Positions 1-7,801 of a stretch of 64,000 bases of DNA are shown here, one piece after another. Under the pieces are notes generated by a model. That model saw only the letters and a list, made by a program, of their open reading frames with translations, searched no databases and was not told the DNA's origin. The stretch's first letter is position 1. The number at the start of each line of letters is the position of its first letter. Where the stretch lies: positions 296,684 through 360,683 of the IMG/VR virus record IMGVR_UViG_3300032675_000001; one strand, 5' to 3'. The position numbers and the translations under genes are program-made.

Positions 1-268
1 CATGACCAGTCAACGAACGGTCAATCAATCTGGAAAGCAAGTCGGAAAGTTCTTCCCATGGATTTTCAGCATTGATAATACCAGCAGATTCCGGAATCTG
101 CTTGATGCCGAAAGTAAGAAATGGATTATAGCAAGTGCGGATTCCATAAAGAAAACGCTGGGAAATTTCATTTCCAAGAATAGCGGCTTCATGCGCCTGC
201 CTGATCACATCTTCCTTGTGAAGGCGCGAATCGCTTTCATTCAGTTTCTTGAGCCAAGATGCAGACAC
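1..268 (-). CDS. lig: ATP-dependent DNA ligase, N-terminal part (runs off window)
   Basis: Not in ORF track. Manual translation from GTG at 268 after SD AGGAG: MSASWLKKLNESDSRLHKE...CYNPFLTFGIK...LIDRSLTGH, matching the T4 gp30-type ligase N-terminal pattern (YNP..TFG.K, L..R.LTG). Confidence 0.8.
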   Translation of the reverse strand, partial: MSASWLKKLNESDSRLHKEDVIRQAHEAAILGNEISQRFLYGIRTCYNPFLTFGIKQIPESAGIINAENPWEELSDLLSRLIDRSLTGH

Positions 269-291
269 GTAAAATCTCCTTAATATGCTTC

Positions 292-320
292 ACTATATAT
301 CAAAAAGATGTGCTTGTCAA
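292..320 (-). promoter_or_regulatory. sigma70-type early promoter
   Basis: TTGACA-N17-TATAGT upstream of ligase. Confidence 0.8.
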
Positions 321-526
321 TCTTGTTTGAGCAGCATCCATGTATATTCCTGTTCGGATATCCAAAAATCATCCGGCCAAGTTACGTCAGGGTAATCTCT
401 TAAGCGATATCCCCATTTAAACCACAGGGACTTTCCACTGCGTCCACACTTTCTTGGGAATAGAGAGAAATGCCGATCCCATTGCTGTTTGGGTTTATAA
501 ATATCATCACCAGAATAGAATGCCAT
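317..526 (-). CDS. hypothetical protein (69 aa), last gene of small-ORF array
   Basis: ATG at 526 overlaps TAA of upstream gene and follows GAGGTG SD. Confidence 0.75.
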   Translation of the reverse strand: MAFYSGDDIYKPKQQWDRHFSLFPRKCGRSGKSLWFKWGYRLRDYPDVTWPDDFWISEQEYTWMLLKQD

Positions 527-762
527 TACGACCACCTCAATAAAAATATCACAGCATCTTGTTCGGTGAAGAAACTGATTTCTTGCCAATCACAAATGCC
601 ATGGGAACCTCTTTTTGACAAATAAGACCTTGGATACTCTTGCTGCCACCGCGCCATAATGTCCTGAACAGTACTCATTGTCTTAAACTTATTGATTAAG
701 TTAAGCATTGCGTTCTGCGCTGCGCCTGCCTTCGCCATATTTACGTTAAGTGTGTAACTCAT
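526..762 (-). CDS. LRWS-family small protein
   Basis: C-terminus ISFFTEQDAVIFLLRWS; ATGA overlap at start. Confidence 0.8.
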   Translation of the reverse strand: MSYTLNVNMAKAGAAQNAMLNLINKFKTMSTVQDIMARWQQEYPRSYLSKRGSHGICDWQEISFFTEQDAVIFLLRWS

Positions 763-968
763 GACCAACTCAGGGTGACAAAGGTAGCAAGAGGATTCTC
801 GGTGTCATAGATTTCAACATATCCACCGAAATGCCCATTATTTACAGATTCAGAACGTGTTGTACAGCCGTTCTGCCACGTATTAGGACCCGAAGGACCA
901 AGTGATCTAGTCATAAGGTCGCTAATCTCTTTATACATCATTTTCGTATCTTTAAAATACAGTCTCAT
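759..968 (-). CDS. LRWS-family small protein
   Basis: C-terminus ATFVTLSWS; SD GAGGTG before ATG 968. Confidence 0.8.
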   Translation of the reverse strand: MRLYFKDTKMMYKEISDLMTRSLGPSGPNTWQNGCTTRSESVNNGHFGGYVEIYDTENPLATFVTLSWS

Positions 969-983
969 GACCACCTCAAAAAA

Positions 984-1190
984 CTATGAATGTAGCAGTG
1001 TTAAATATACCCAAGCTTTATCTGCTTCCTTAAAGGTACTATATGTTTTTGTAAAAAGCAAGGGAGAAGATATGATGTATGAAGTTGCAGCAGCATTCCA
1101 TTGGAACTTGGCCCCGCGTCCTCTACGCCGTTTAACCCTCTTCATCATAGTAAGTTTAGGATTGGACCTAATTACAGTTATCTTTTCCAT
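984..1190 (-). CDS. small protein in LRWS array (divergent member)
   Basis: TAATG overlap start; ends KAWVYLTLLHS. Confidence 0.7.
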   Translation of the reverse strand: MEKITVIRSNPKLTMMKRVKRRRGRGAKFQWNAAATSYIISSPLLFTKTYSTFKEADKAWVYLTLLHS

Positions 1191-1399
1191 TACGACCACC
1201 TCAACGCAAACCAAACAGCGTCCTCATCATCCACAAATTGCACAAACTTACCCTTCCAGCTTGGTCCGGGATAAAATCTATCCTTACAGTTTGGCCAACA
1301 CCAGTCTATTACTTCTTTCCTATCATGATGATTAAAATGCACATCGTGAAGTATTGGAACCTGAAGACCAAACTGTCCAATTGTTTTACAGGTAATCAT
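1190..1399 (-). CDS. LRWS-family small protein
   Basis: EVIDWC...FVQFVDDEDAVWFALRWS. Confidence 0.8.
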   Translation of the reverse strand: MITCKTIGQFGLQVPILHDVHFNHHDRKEVIDWCWPNCKDRFYPGPSWKGKFVQFVDDEDAVWFALRWS

Positions 1400-1605
1400 G
1401 TCCACCTCAACAGAAACCAAGCCAAATCACGATAGTTAATGAAACGAATGGAGAACAACCCATCGTCCCAAATGAACATATTGTTCTGTCTACACCACTT
1501 CTTAGCAGCATTTAGTGTATCTTGAACTTCTGACCAACGTTCCTCACCGAGATTATATTTCAGTTCTAGCCTATAAGGCTTACTATGTTCATGAACCCAT
1601 TTCAT
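1396..1605 (-). CDS. LRWS-family small protein
   Basis: AKKWC...IRFINYRDLAWFLLRWT. Confidence 0.8.
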   Translation of the reverse strand: MKWVHEHSKPYRLELKYNLGEERWSEVQDTLNAAKKWCRQNNMFIWDDGLFSIRFINYRDLAWFLLRWT

Positions 1606-1832
1606 GACCACCTCAAAACAAATAAAGTCATCTTGGATTCATCAGTAATATCAAGAAACCATCTGCGGGCTTTGCTGTCCCAATAAAGACGCCAACCAGT
1701 TCCACAACTGTCACACCAAAGTTCACCTGCATCAGCCGAAATGAGTGGTCCAACATTGTCATTTAACCATTCGTCAATGACACGAGACGGCATATCGGTG
1801 ATTACTGGGTAACTTGAAACATCTAAGATCAT
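1602..1832 (-). CDS. LRWS-family small protein
   Basis: IDEWL...DITDESKMTLFVLRWS. Confidence 0.8.
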   Translation of the reverse strand: MILDVSSYPVITDMPSRVIDEWLNDNVGPLISADAGELWCDSCGTGWRLYWDSKARRWFLDITDESKMTLFVLRWS

Positions 1833-2065
1833 GACCACATCATCCTAAAAAGCAATGCAACATTTTCGTCAGGTACTTCCACCCAACCATAAGTTTTTGA
1901 AGGAACCTCACAGTTATATCGCTCAGCCCATTCAAGAATCTCTTCTTTATTAGCAGCATAAAACTTTTCGTCAACCCAAAAAAAGGTTTTAACTGAAGGT
2001 TGGTAGGTGAAGCGAACACCCTGTTCCTTCAGTGTCCAGAGGCTCAGTGTCCAGAGGCAAGTCAT
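1829..2065 (-). CDS. LRWS-family small protein
   Basis: ILEWAE...VPDENVALLFRMMWS. Confidence 0.8.
   Translation of the reverse strand: MTCLWTLSLWTLKEQGVRFTYQPSVKTFFWVDEKFYAANKEEILEWAERYNCEVPSKTYGWVEVPDENVALLFRMMWS
2029..2058. repeat. perfect 15-bp tandem duplication (in frame)
   Basis: tcagtgtccagaggc x2, encoding CLWTL-SLWTL. Confidence 0.9.
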
Positions 2066-2268
2066 AGATACTTCAACGAAAAGGCTACATACCTTTTCTC
2101 ATCAATGATTTCAAACTGACGGTTTGCCCAGTCTACAAGACACAGACCAGCAGCAGGAACAATAACTTTGTTGATATACATATTACTGATACCAATACTT
2201 TTCCATTCATACCCGTTGTCAAACAACCATTTCATCAGATTGTTAAATGCCCACTCTGACATGTACAT
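2062..2268 (-). CDS. LRWS/LKY-family small protein
   Basis: LMKWLF...EIIDEKRYVAFSLKYL; ATGA coupling to next gene. Confidence 0.75.
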   Translation of the reverse strand: MYMSEWAFNNLMKWLFDNGYEWKSIGISNMYINKVIVPAAGLCLVDWANRQFEIIDEKRYVAFSLKYL

Positions 2269-2271
2269 GAG

Positions 2272-2463
2272 TCACCGCTGACGAAGCTTTTCGGTATCAC
2301 GGATGAACGAATGTGCCCAAAAGAAAAACAGTAAGAGATTCAACGCAATAGACCAGAAATGTGGGTGATTGTAATTATATGCGAGACTACTACTTGTAAT
2401 CAACAGGAACACGGCGTCCCAGATTACACACAGCCATGCGAAAAACTTTTGCCTATTAGTCAT
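2272..2463 (-). CDS. small 2-TM membrane protein
   Basis: two hydrophobic segments; gene-dense minus-strand run. Confidence 0.7.
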   Translation of the reverse strand: MTNRQKFFAWLCVIWDAVFLLITSSSLAYNYNHPHFWSIALNLLLFFFWAHSFIRDTEKLRQR

Positions 2464-2466
2464 TTT

Positions 2467-2694
2467 CTAATCTTTCAGTATAGTAAAGAGATCACCATAC
2501 TCGTATTCTAACACAACGCTATCCCTAAGTCTATAGTAGATTCGTCTGCGGTAGATTTTTTTGAGCCAAGTATATTTGTTCTCAACTTTAACGGGGAACC
2601 AAGCAAAATGATTTGCCCATTCGCCGCACGTCCTTTCACCAAATCCCCCATTACAAAAGTCTTTGATGATTGCTTCCCGTGCCCCGAAGATCAC
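2467..2694 (-). CDS. hypothetical protein
   Basis: HFAWFPVKV...WLKKIYRR, loosely similar to ORF 317-526 (HFSLFPRK..LWFKWGYR). Confidence 0.7.
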   Translation of the reverse strand: MIFGAREAIIKDFCNGGFGERTCGEWANHFAWFPVKVENKYTWLKKIYRRRIYYRLRDSVVLEYEYGDLFTILKD

Positions 2695-2697
2695 CGA

Positions 2698-2856
2698 TTA
2701 GTCTCCGCAAATCTGCTTAATCTCAGTCGCACTGCGATTGGATTGGGCATACGATTGCAGACAATCACTCTTGACATGTTCGGTATATCCGAGCGAACCA
2801 AACATTACCAAGAAGATGACCGCAATCGCAATCGCATACCATTTGAAATCGTCCAT
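2698..2856 (-). CDS. small membrane-anchored protein (52 aa)
   Basis: below ORF cutoff; MDDFKWYAIAIAVIFLVMFG...C...C fills the gap exactly. Confidence 0.65.
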   Translation of the reverse strand: MDDFKWYAIAIAVIFLVMFGSLGYTEHVKSDCLQSYAQSNRSATEIKQICGD

Positions 2857-2857
2857 T

Positions 2858-3505
2858 TTAAATCACCCTTACATAGTAAAGTTGAGTGGAATCTTCGCGG
2901 TGAGCCTTGACCTTACCCTCAATGTTCATGGTAGTGCCAGTGGCGACAAGACGCTTGAATCTGAAAAACACCGACTCGTTATCGGGAGTGATTCCAGTGA
3001 TGAAAAACGTGTCCCATGGTTGAGAATGGTTACAGCGAAGTACTTCAATCTCCAGTTGCACCTTGTCGCCAACTTGACCAATGTGACCATTAGCATCACG
3101 CAGCCGACGATTGATTGCAGCCTTTTTTTCATTGCGAAGATAGCAAGAAGGAAGCGAAGAAATAAACCCGACTTCAAACAGACCAACATCTTCGCTGTTG
3201 GCATATGCCATAGCTTTAGATTCAAACTCAGAGAGAACGCCGCCCTGCAAAATCTTGAAAGTAAGAGCCTGAAAATGACGAATGACATGCTCAGCCATTT
3301 CACAATCTTCATCACGGATGTCAAACTTTCCGTCGATAAAGTCGCGAGTCAGATACTTATTGGCAATACGCTTCTGATCACCATGTTCGTCATATTCACC
3401 CTGCTTGAGATATTCACCATTCACGCGGTGAGCAGCACATGCTGCATCAAACACTTTACGAGTGTTGAAGCGAATGGAAGCACCCGAAACACGAGAATAA
3501 GCCAT
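2858..3505 (-). CDS. hypothetical protein with probable C-terminal OB-fold
   Basis: G.VGDKV.LEIEV...IEGKVKAH..TQL pattern; SD AAGGA and own sigma70-like promoter at 3537-3565. Confidence 0.6.
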   Translation of the reverse strand: MAYSRVSGASIRFNTRKVFDAACAAHRVNGEYLKQGEYDEHGDQKRIANKYLTRDFIDGKFDIRDEDCEMAEHVIRHFQALTFKILQGGVLSEFESKAMAYANSEDVGLFEVGFISSLPSCYLRNEKKAAINRRLRDANGHIGQVGDKVQLEIEVLRCNHSQPWDTFFITGITPDNESVFFRFKRLVATGTTMNIEGKVKAHREDSTQLYYVRVI

Positions 3506-3571
3506 TTTGAAATCCTTTGTTAGAATCTATGGGTGGTATATAGACTAACACAAAACCTATGTCAACAGCTT

Positions 3572-4513
3572 TTATTCGGAGCCGTAACAATTATTTACTC
3601 CGGGTTCTCCGCCAATCAAGTCACCCAATGTCTGATTCCACTTTATGATACTGTCAGTATCATGAAACCTAGACCTCAACTCTTTTCTAACTTTTCTAAA
3701 ATCAAACCAGTCTTCTCTGCCAGTAATAGTAGTTTCCCAGCCAAAACTTTTGTGACGAAGTTCAAGGTTTCCGAATCCCATGTTTTCTAACATTCTTTTT
3801 TTGAGATATCGTATTTTTAAATTATCCCCATCAATATTATCTGGGTCCTCTTCATGAACTTTTATATGCTCTTTAATGAAGAAGATGTTGGATTCAAGGC
3901 TATGGCTTAGCATATTGCCTATGCCAGAAATGCCATTTTCTTGCATGAAAATGTCATAGAAGCAATATTCATGCCGAAGGGGGCTGTAAACTTTCCTACC
4001 TATATTAAGCTGTGGCCAAGTATAATCTCCGCCAATAACTGGACATGAAACACATTGTCCCAACAACCACATATGGGCAGCAACATGCGGCATGGTCAAT
4101 TTATAGGGTTCCATGTATTTTATGTGATCGCCGTTTCCAAAGAAGCTTTCTACATCTAAATCTATCAAAACATGCTTGATTTGGTTTTCTCTGCAAAACT
4201 TTTCTGCATAGTATAGATCATGCGTATTAAAGGGACTTTGTTTATATATAAGCCTCAGTGTCATTGCAACTACTGGGATTTTATTTTGTAAACATGATAT
4301 CAGTGAACATTCACTATCCAATCCTCCGCTGTATAAGATTTCTGCTGGAACATTTTTTCCATAAAAATGTTCAGCCATTGCGGATTGAACGGAATCAAAA
4401 TTTGAAATTTCGGTATCTGAAATTTCAGTAGTAAAGATGTTACGTTCAGGGCCGAACTCCATCGTATGTTTACGGTAGTTGTTCAGCCCTGAATGCCAAG
4501 TTTTTGCAGTCAT
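3572..4513 (-). CDS. PP-loop (asparagine synthase/adenine nucleotide alpha-hydrolase-like) protein
   Basis: YSGGLDSEC PP-loop motif; TAAATA 4 nt before ATG 4513. Confidence 0.6.
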   Translation of the reverse strand: MTAKTWHSGLNNYRKHTMEFGPERNIFTTEISDTEISNFDSVQSAMAEHFYGKNVPAEILYSGGLDSECSLISCLQNKIPVVAMTLRLIYKQSPFNTHDLYYAEKFCRENQIKHVLIDLDVESFFGNGDHIKYMEPYKLTMPHVAAHMWLLGQCVSCPVIGGDYTWPQLNIGRKVYSPLRHEYCFYDIFMQENGISGIGNMLSHSLESNIFFIKEHIKVHEEDPDNIDGDNLKIRYLKKRMLENMGFGNLELRHKSFGWETTITGREDWFDFRKVRKELRSRFHDTDSIIKWNQTLGDLIGGEPGVNNCYGSE

Positions 4514-4520
4514 CAAGTAT

Positions 4521-4820
4521 TTAACTGTTTTTGACGAGGTTCTTTACAATATCGTATTCTTCTGCTGCCTTTTTGAGAGCAGGATATTCTTCTTCAAGAG
4601 TTTTGCGATCAGTTTTCTTGTGTACTCGCTGGATTTCGCCATCTACAACTTCAAGCGAATAATCATAACCATTGAGACGATTAAGACAACGTTGGTAGCT
4701 GTTGGCTTGCGCTTTGTACATAGCAGCAAGAATTGGACTCTTTTCCTTTTCCTCGACTTTAGCCATTTCTCGCAGAAGTTCGATTTCTGCCTTCATTGCA
4801 TCTTCAATAGTGTAAGGCAT
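4521..4820 (-). CDS. hypothetical protein
   Basis: ORF with SD GAGGT. Confidence 0.7.
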   Translation of the reverse strand: MPYTIEDAMKAEIELLREMAKVEEKEKSPILAAMYKAQANSYQRCLNRLNGYDYSLEVVDGEIQRVHKKTDRKTLEEEYPALKKAAEEYDIVKNLVKNS

Positions 4821-4822
4821 GA

Positions 4823-5197
4823 TTACCTCATCTTCTTCAAACGACTAAACACGCCTTCACTGACTTCAAATTTGTCTTCGGTGTGGACACGAATATAATG
4901 TTCTTTCCATTGGGGATCAATACCTGAGCCGTCAACACGATAGTAGTTTGCTGGGCTGCAATTCATTTGTTTAGCCAACACCATCAACCAGTCATCACGA
5001 TCAACACGACCGACAATGCGATATTTGTTGCTGATGCAGATATACCCCTTTTCATGAAGCTGTGTAGCTTCACCCTTCTCTAGAAACTCTACAAGTTCAG
5101 GTGCAGGGTGCATCGCTGGACAATCTTTATCGCCATACTTGCAGGAGCCTTCGTAGTCACCCATGTTACAGTGAGCCATATGAACAGCGTAGGTCAT
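4823..5197 (-). CDS. hypothetical protein
   Basis: HC..G...CKYGD.DCP Cys/His motif at N-terminus; TAATG coupling. Confidence 0.7.
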   Translation of the reverse strand: MTYAVHMAHCNMGDYEGSCKYGDKDCPAMHPAPELVEFLEKGEATQLHEKGYICISNKYRIVGRVDRDDWLMVLAKQMNCSPANYYRVDGSGIDPQWKEHYIRVHTEDKFEVSEGVFSRLKKMR

Positions 5198-5601
5198 TAT
5201 TGTCCTCTCAACTTAGAGTTCAAGTAGTTTTTATACCAATCCTGCGTAGTTTGATACAGCAGTTGACGGCAATCATCATCCATTGTGTTTCTGTCGCCGG
5301 GACTCGCATCTTTTCCCAACTGAACATTAAGTCCATAGTCACCGTTTCCGACCCAAATGCTTACATCATCGCCGTGATTCATGTGGTAGTTATCAGTGCT
5401 CCAAGAAGTCGGATCAGTACGAATAGAGTAGACCACAGCACTTACAGCAGGATCATTGCACTTATCAATGTGAGTAGGAGCATCCTTTGCAATAGGATGA
5501 TGTGCGAATGGATTGGGAACGTATGCACAGCATAGAGCAACCACGAGCATTCCGCCTGCAAGGGAAAAAAATACTTTTTGGCGAGAAAAAATATTATCCA
5601 T
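5197..5601 (-). CDS. exported/membrane-anchored hypothetical protein
   Basis: N-terminal hydrophobic segment; TAATG coupling. Confidence 0.7.
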   Translation of the reverse strand: MDNIFSRQKVFFSLAGGMLVVALCCAYVPNPFAHHPIAKDAPTHIDKCNDPAVSAVVYSIRTDPTSWSTDNYHMNHGDDVSIWVGNGDYGLNVQLGKDASPGDRNTMDDDCRQLLYQTTQDWYKNYLNSKLRGQ

Positions 5602-5807
5602 TATTTGCGACTTTCCAGAATAGTATCACGCACCCATTCACGATCAATACTATCATAAATGGGAAGTTCACCAGAAGCAGAATATTTCCGATCCAGCTTG
5701 CGAGTAGCATCAACTACTTCGGTATAGGTAGCATCTACATCCCTATAGATGCCAGTCTTACCGTTGTAAAATTCAAGAACATAGTTGATAAAATCTTCGC
5801 GGTCCAT
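5601..5807 (-). CDS. hypothetical protein (68 aa)
   Basis: start reassigned to MDREDF (5807), directly after upstream stop. Confidence 0.7.
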   Translation of the reverse strand: MDREDFINYVLEFYNGKTGIYRDVDATYTEVVDATRKLDRKYSASGELPIYDSIDREWVRDTILESRK

Positions 5808-5808
5808 A

Positions 5809-5958
5809 TTACCAATCCTTCTTGGGGTGCTTATCCTTGCGCTTATAGCGCAGTTTGGATTCAACCGTTTTCGGCTTGAAGGGAGTGCCATGGGCATAAA
5901 GCTCCAGCGCACGAATCTTCGGGCGACATGCTTCAACCTTAATAACTTCTTTCTTCAT
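5809..5958 (-). CDS. small basic ArfA-like protein (49 aa)
   Basis: SD AGGAG; PFKPKTVESKLRYKRKDKH resembles the ArfA core F+.+VE..K..Y.RK.KH. Confidence 0.5.
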   Translation of the reverse strand: MKKEVIKVEACRPKIRALELYAHGTPFKPKTVESKLRYKRKDKHPKKDW

Positions 5959-5982
5959 GGCACTTCTCCTTTCTGTGCATTG

Positions 5983-6011
5983 CTTATACATGTGTTGATA
6001 TAGACTGTCAA
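5983..6011 (-). promoter_or_regulatory. sigma70-type early promoter
   Basis: TTGACA-N17-TATAAG. Confidence 0.75.
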
Positions 6012-6012
6012 C

Positions 6013-6042
6013 AAAAAAGTGCCAGAAGTTTCCTTCGGACAC
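6013..6042 (-). terminator. intrinsic terminator
   Basis: GTGTCCGAAG-GAAA-CTTCTGGCAC followed by T6 on minus strand. Confidence 0.7.
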
Positions 6043-6069
6043 TTTGCCGTTCTGGACGGTCCTGAGAAC

Positions 6070-6348
6070 TTACTTTTTTGGGGGATTACTGTTTACAAAG
6101 TCATACATTTTTTGAGCAGTTTCAAGGACCTTTTCAAGTCCGGGAAACTCTGGTGCGTTGACAGTAGTAACAAGTTGACCTGTTTTCTCATCGCGCTTTT
6201 GAGAAAGCTCCCAGCCCAAAAACTTTGCTTGATATTCAGCCTGAACTAAATCTTTAGCCATGTTTAGAATATCAGAACGAATCTCATAGCCATTCTTGGA
6301 TTGGTTGATTTTAAAATCTGGAAGTCCCGGAATTTTTTTATCACTCAC
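6070..6348 (-). CDS. conserved-type phage hypothetical protein
   Basis: NGYEIR.DIL.MAKD...FP.LE.VL..A..MYDFV. Confidence 0.75.
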   Translation of the reverse strand: MSDKKIPGLPDFKINQSKNGYEIRSDILNMAKDLVQAEYQAKFLGWELSQKRDEKTGQLVTTVNAPEFPGLEKVLETAQKMYDFVNSNPPKK

Positions 6349-6353
6349 TCTTG

Positions 6354-6413
6354 TTATCCTTCAATCTTTGGTTTGGAAAGGTATTCCCACTCATCTTGGG
6401 TATATGGCCACAT
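6354..6413 (-). CDS. putative 19-aa micropeptide
   Basis: AAGGAG SD before ATG; MWPYTQDEWEYLSKPKIEG. Confidence 0.5.
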   Translation of the reverse strand: MWPYTQDEWEYLSKPKIEG

Positions 6414-6423
6414 GACTATCTCC

Positions 6424-6528
6424 TTAGATTGCAAGGAGACCGTACAGTGCAAATAAGCATAGTCCCAAAATAGTAAAGTTGCCAACTTGTGCTAGTCTAC
6501 TAATGTTCTTGTTTGATAGAAAATTCAT
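6424..6528 (-). CDS. putative 34-aa single-TM peptide
   Basis: MNFLSNKNISRLAQVGNFTILGLCLFALYGLLAI fills the intergenic gap. Confidence 0.5.
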   Translation of the reverse strand: MNFLSNKNISRLAQVGNFTILGLCLFALYGLLAI

Positions 6529-6545
6529 AGGGGTTACATATCTGT

Positions 6546-6821
6546 TCATTTTATTTTCCTTTTGTGTGTAAGTGCGGAATCCACTGATTCCTTTGTTGAC
6601 TTAATCGCATCATTTAAAAACGATTTATTTGACACAATGCCGTATAGGTCATGTGCAGTCTTAAACGAAACGTCAACTGCCTTCTTGGTATATTCGGTTT
6701 GTGTTTCTACGAAATGGTTTAAAGTTTTCGCCAGTTCTTCGTGTTTTACAAAAGTATCAACTGCGATCTTTTTTGATGACTGAAATGCATCAATGGCTGT
6801 ATCGATAAGCATCTTAAACAT
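6546..6821 (-). CDS. helical hypothetical protein (phasin-like amphipathic pattern)
   Basis: start MFKMLID after SD AAGGA; late TAAATA at 6875-6880. Confidence 0.6.
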   Translation of the reverse strand: MFKMLIDTAIDAFQSSKKIAVDTFVKHEELAKTLNHFVETQTEYTKKAVDVSFKTAHDLYGIVSNKSFLNDAIKSTKESVDSALTHKRKIK

Positions 6822-6907
6822 AGTTATTTCCTTTTCTGTGTGTGTTGTGTGTTGTAGACCGAAATCTACGTGGCTATTTAGTCTTTGCTGCAATGCAAAA
6901 ACTTATA

Positions 6908-7309
6908 TTACTTACGAGATTCCAGATATTCTGTAAGTGTCCCGTAAAGTGTCATCATCATTGCGATCTTATGATCGTATATTCTGATGTATGGACCTTT
7001 GCGATCCTTCTCCCTATATACACCCAAATAGTATGGGCAGTCAAGCTTTTTGGTCACTTCCTTAATAAAGGCATCCCATTCTGCTCTATCAAACTTTCCT
7101 ATAGGAAACTCATAATGAGCAATCTTGGCAAGCTGAAATGCCTTCATTCCTTCTTCTGTCAAACGAAGGCCAGAACCACCCCTGCCAGTCACCCACCAGC
7201 GAAATAATAGCTTGTCTACCGTAAGTTCTTTCCAAACGTTTTCTTCAACATCTGGAACTTCTGAGAGAACCGTTTCTGTTATTTCTTTCTTTGTTTTAGG
7301 ATAGGTCAT
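6908..7309 (-). CDS. hypothetical protein
   Basis: ORF, overlapping operon structure. Confidence 0.75.
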   Translation of the reverse strand: MTYPKTKKEITETVLSEVPDVEENVWKELTVDKLLFRWWVTGRGGSGLRLTEEGMKAFQLAKIAHYEFPIGKFDRAEWDAFIKEVTKKLDCPYYLGVYREKDRKGPYIRIYDHKIAMMMTLYGTLTEYLESRK

Positions 7310-7595
7310 CAGGGTAAACTGTGCGCCCCGAGTTCATAAAGACCACCGTGAACTTGTCAGTTTTGAACTGTGCGTTCAGTTTGCGGCATAAGTTACGAGC
7401 ATGACCCGGATTAGAAAAACTGGTTTTCTTGTATTTGGGTGCAGCATCATTGGTTAGATAGTGTGATGACTTCAGATTGATAGGTTGATCATCATAGAAA
7501 ACTGCCCAAATACCTGCAGCTTCTACGATTTGATCACACTTATATGTTTTTTTGTCTACATATTCTAATAGTACGTTTGGTTGGGTTCTACTCAT
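7296..7595 (-). CDS. hypothetical protein
   Basis: ORF, ATGA coupling; KYKKTSFSNPGHA motif. Confidence 0.75.
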   Translation of the reverse strand: MSRTQPNVLLEYVDKKTYKCDQIVEAAGIWAVFYDDQPINLKSSHYLTNDAAPKYKKTSFSNPGHARNLCRKLNAQFKTDKFTVVFMNSGRTVYPDDLS

Positions 7596-7801
7596 TTAAA
7601 AGAGCCGCCTTTAATCTCTATTTGTATTACATCATTTGATTTATCATTCGTCTTGGCGCTACTCAACTCATACAAATCTGATAGTAACTTTGAAATCTCA
7701 TCACGTAATCCACGTGCTTCTGTGACAGGCAAAACAATGTCTTTTGATTGTTTTGACTCCATCAAAGTCATTTTATCAATGAATCGCTTAATATGAATCA
7801 T
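7592..7801 (-). CDS. hypothetical protein
   Basis: ORF; TAAATA 4 nt upstream of ATG. Confidence 0.7.
   Translation of the reverse strand: MIHIKRFIDKMTLMESKQSKDIVLPVTEARGLRDEISKLLSDLYELSSAKTNDKSNDVIQIEIKGGSFK

Noticed and set aside
2-283. Plus-strand 93-aa ORF in the track
   Set aside because: Antisense shadow of the DNA ligase 5' end, which has a promoter, SD and recognisable motifs on the minus strand.
526-1840. Regularly spaced GACCACCTCAA repeats as a CRISPR array
   Set aside because: Repeats are only ~15 nt, the spacing is ~210 nt, the intervening DNA is protein-coding, and no cas genes are present.
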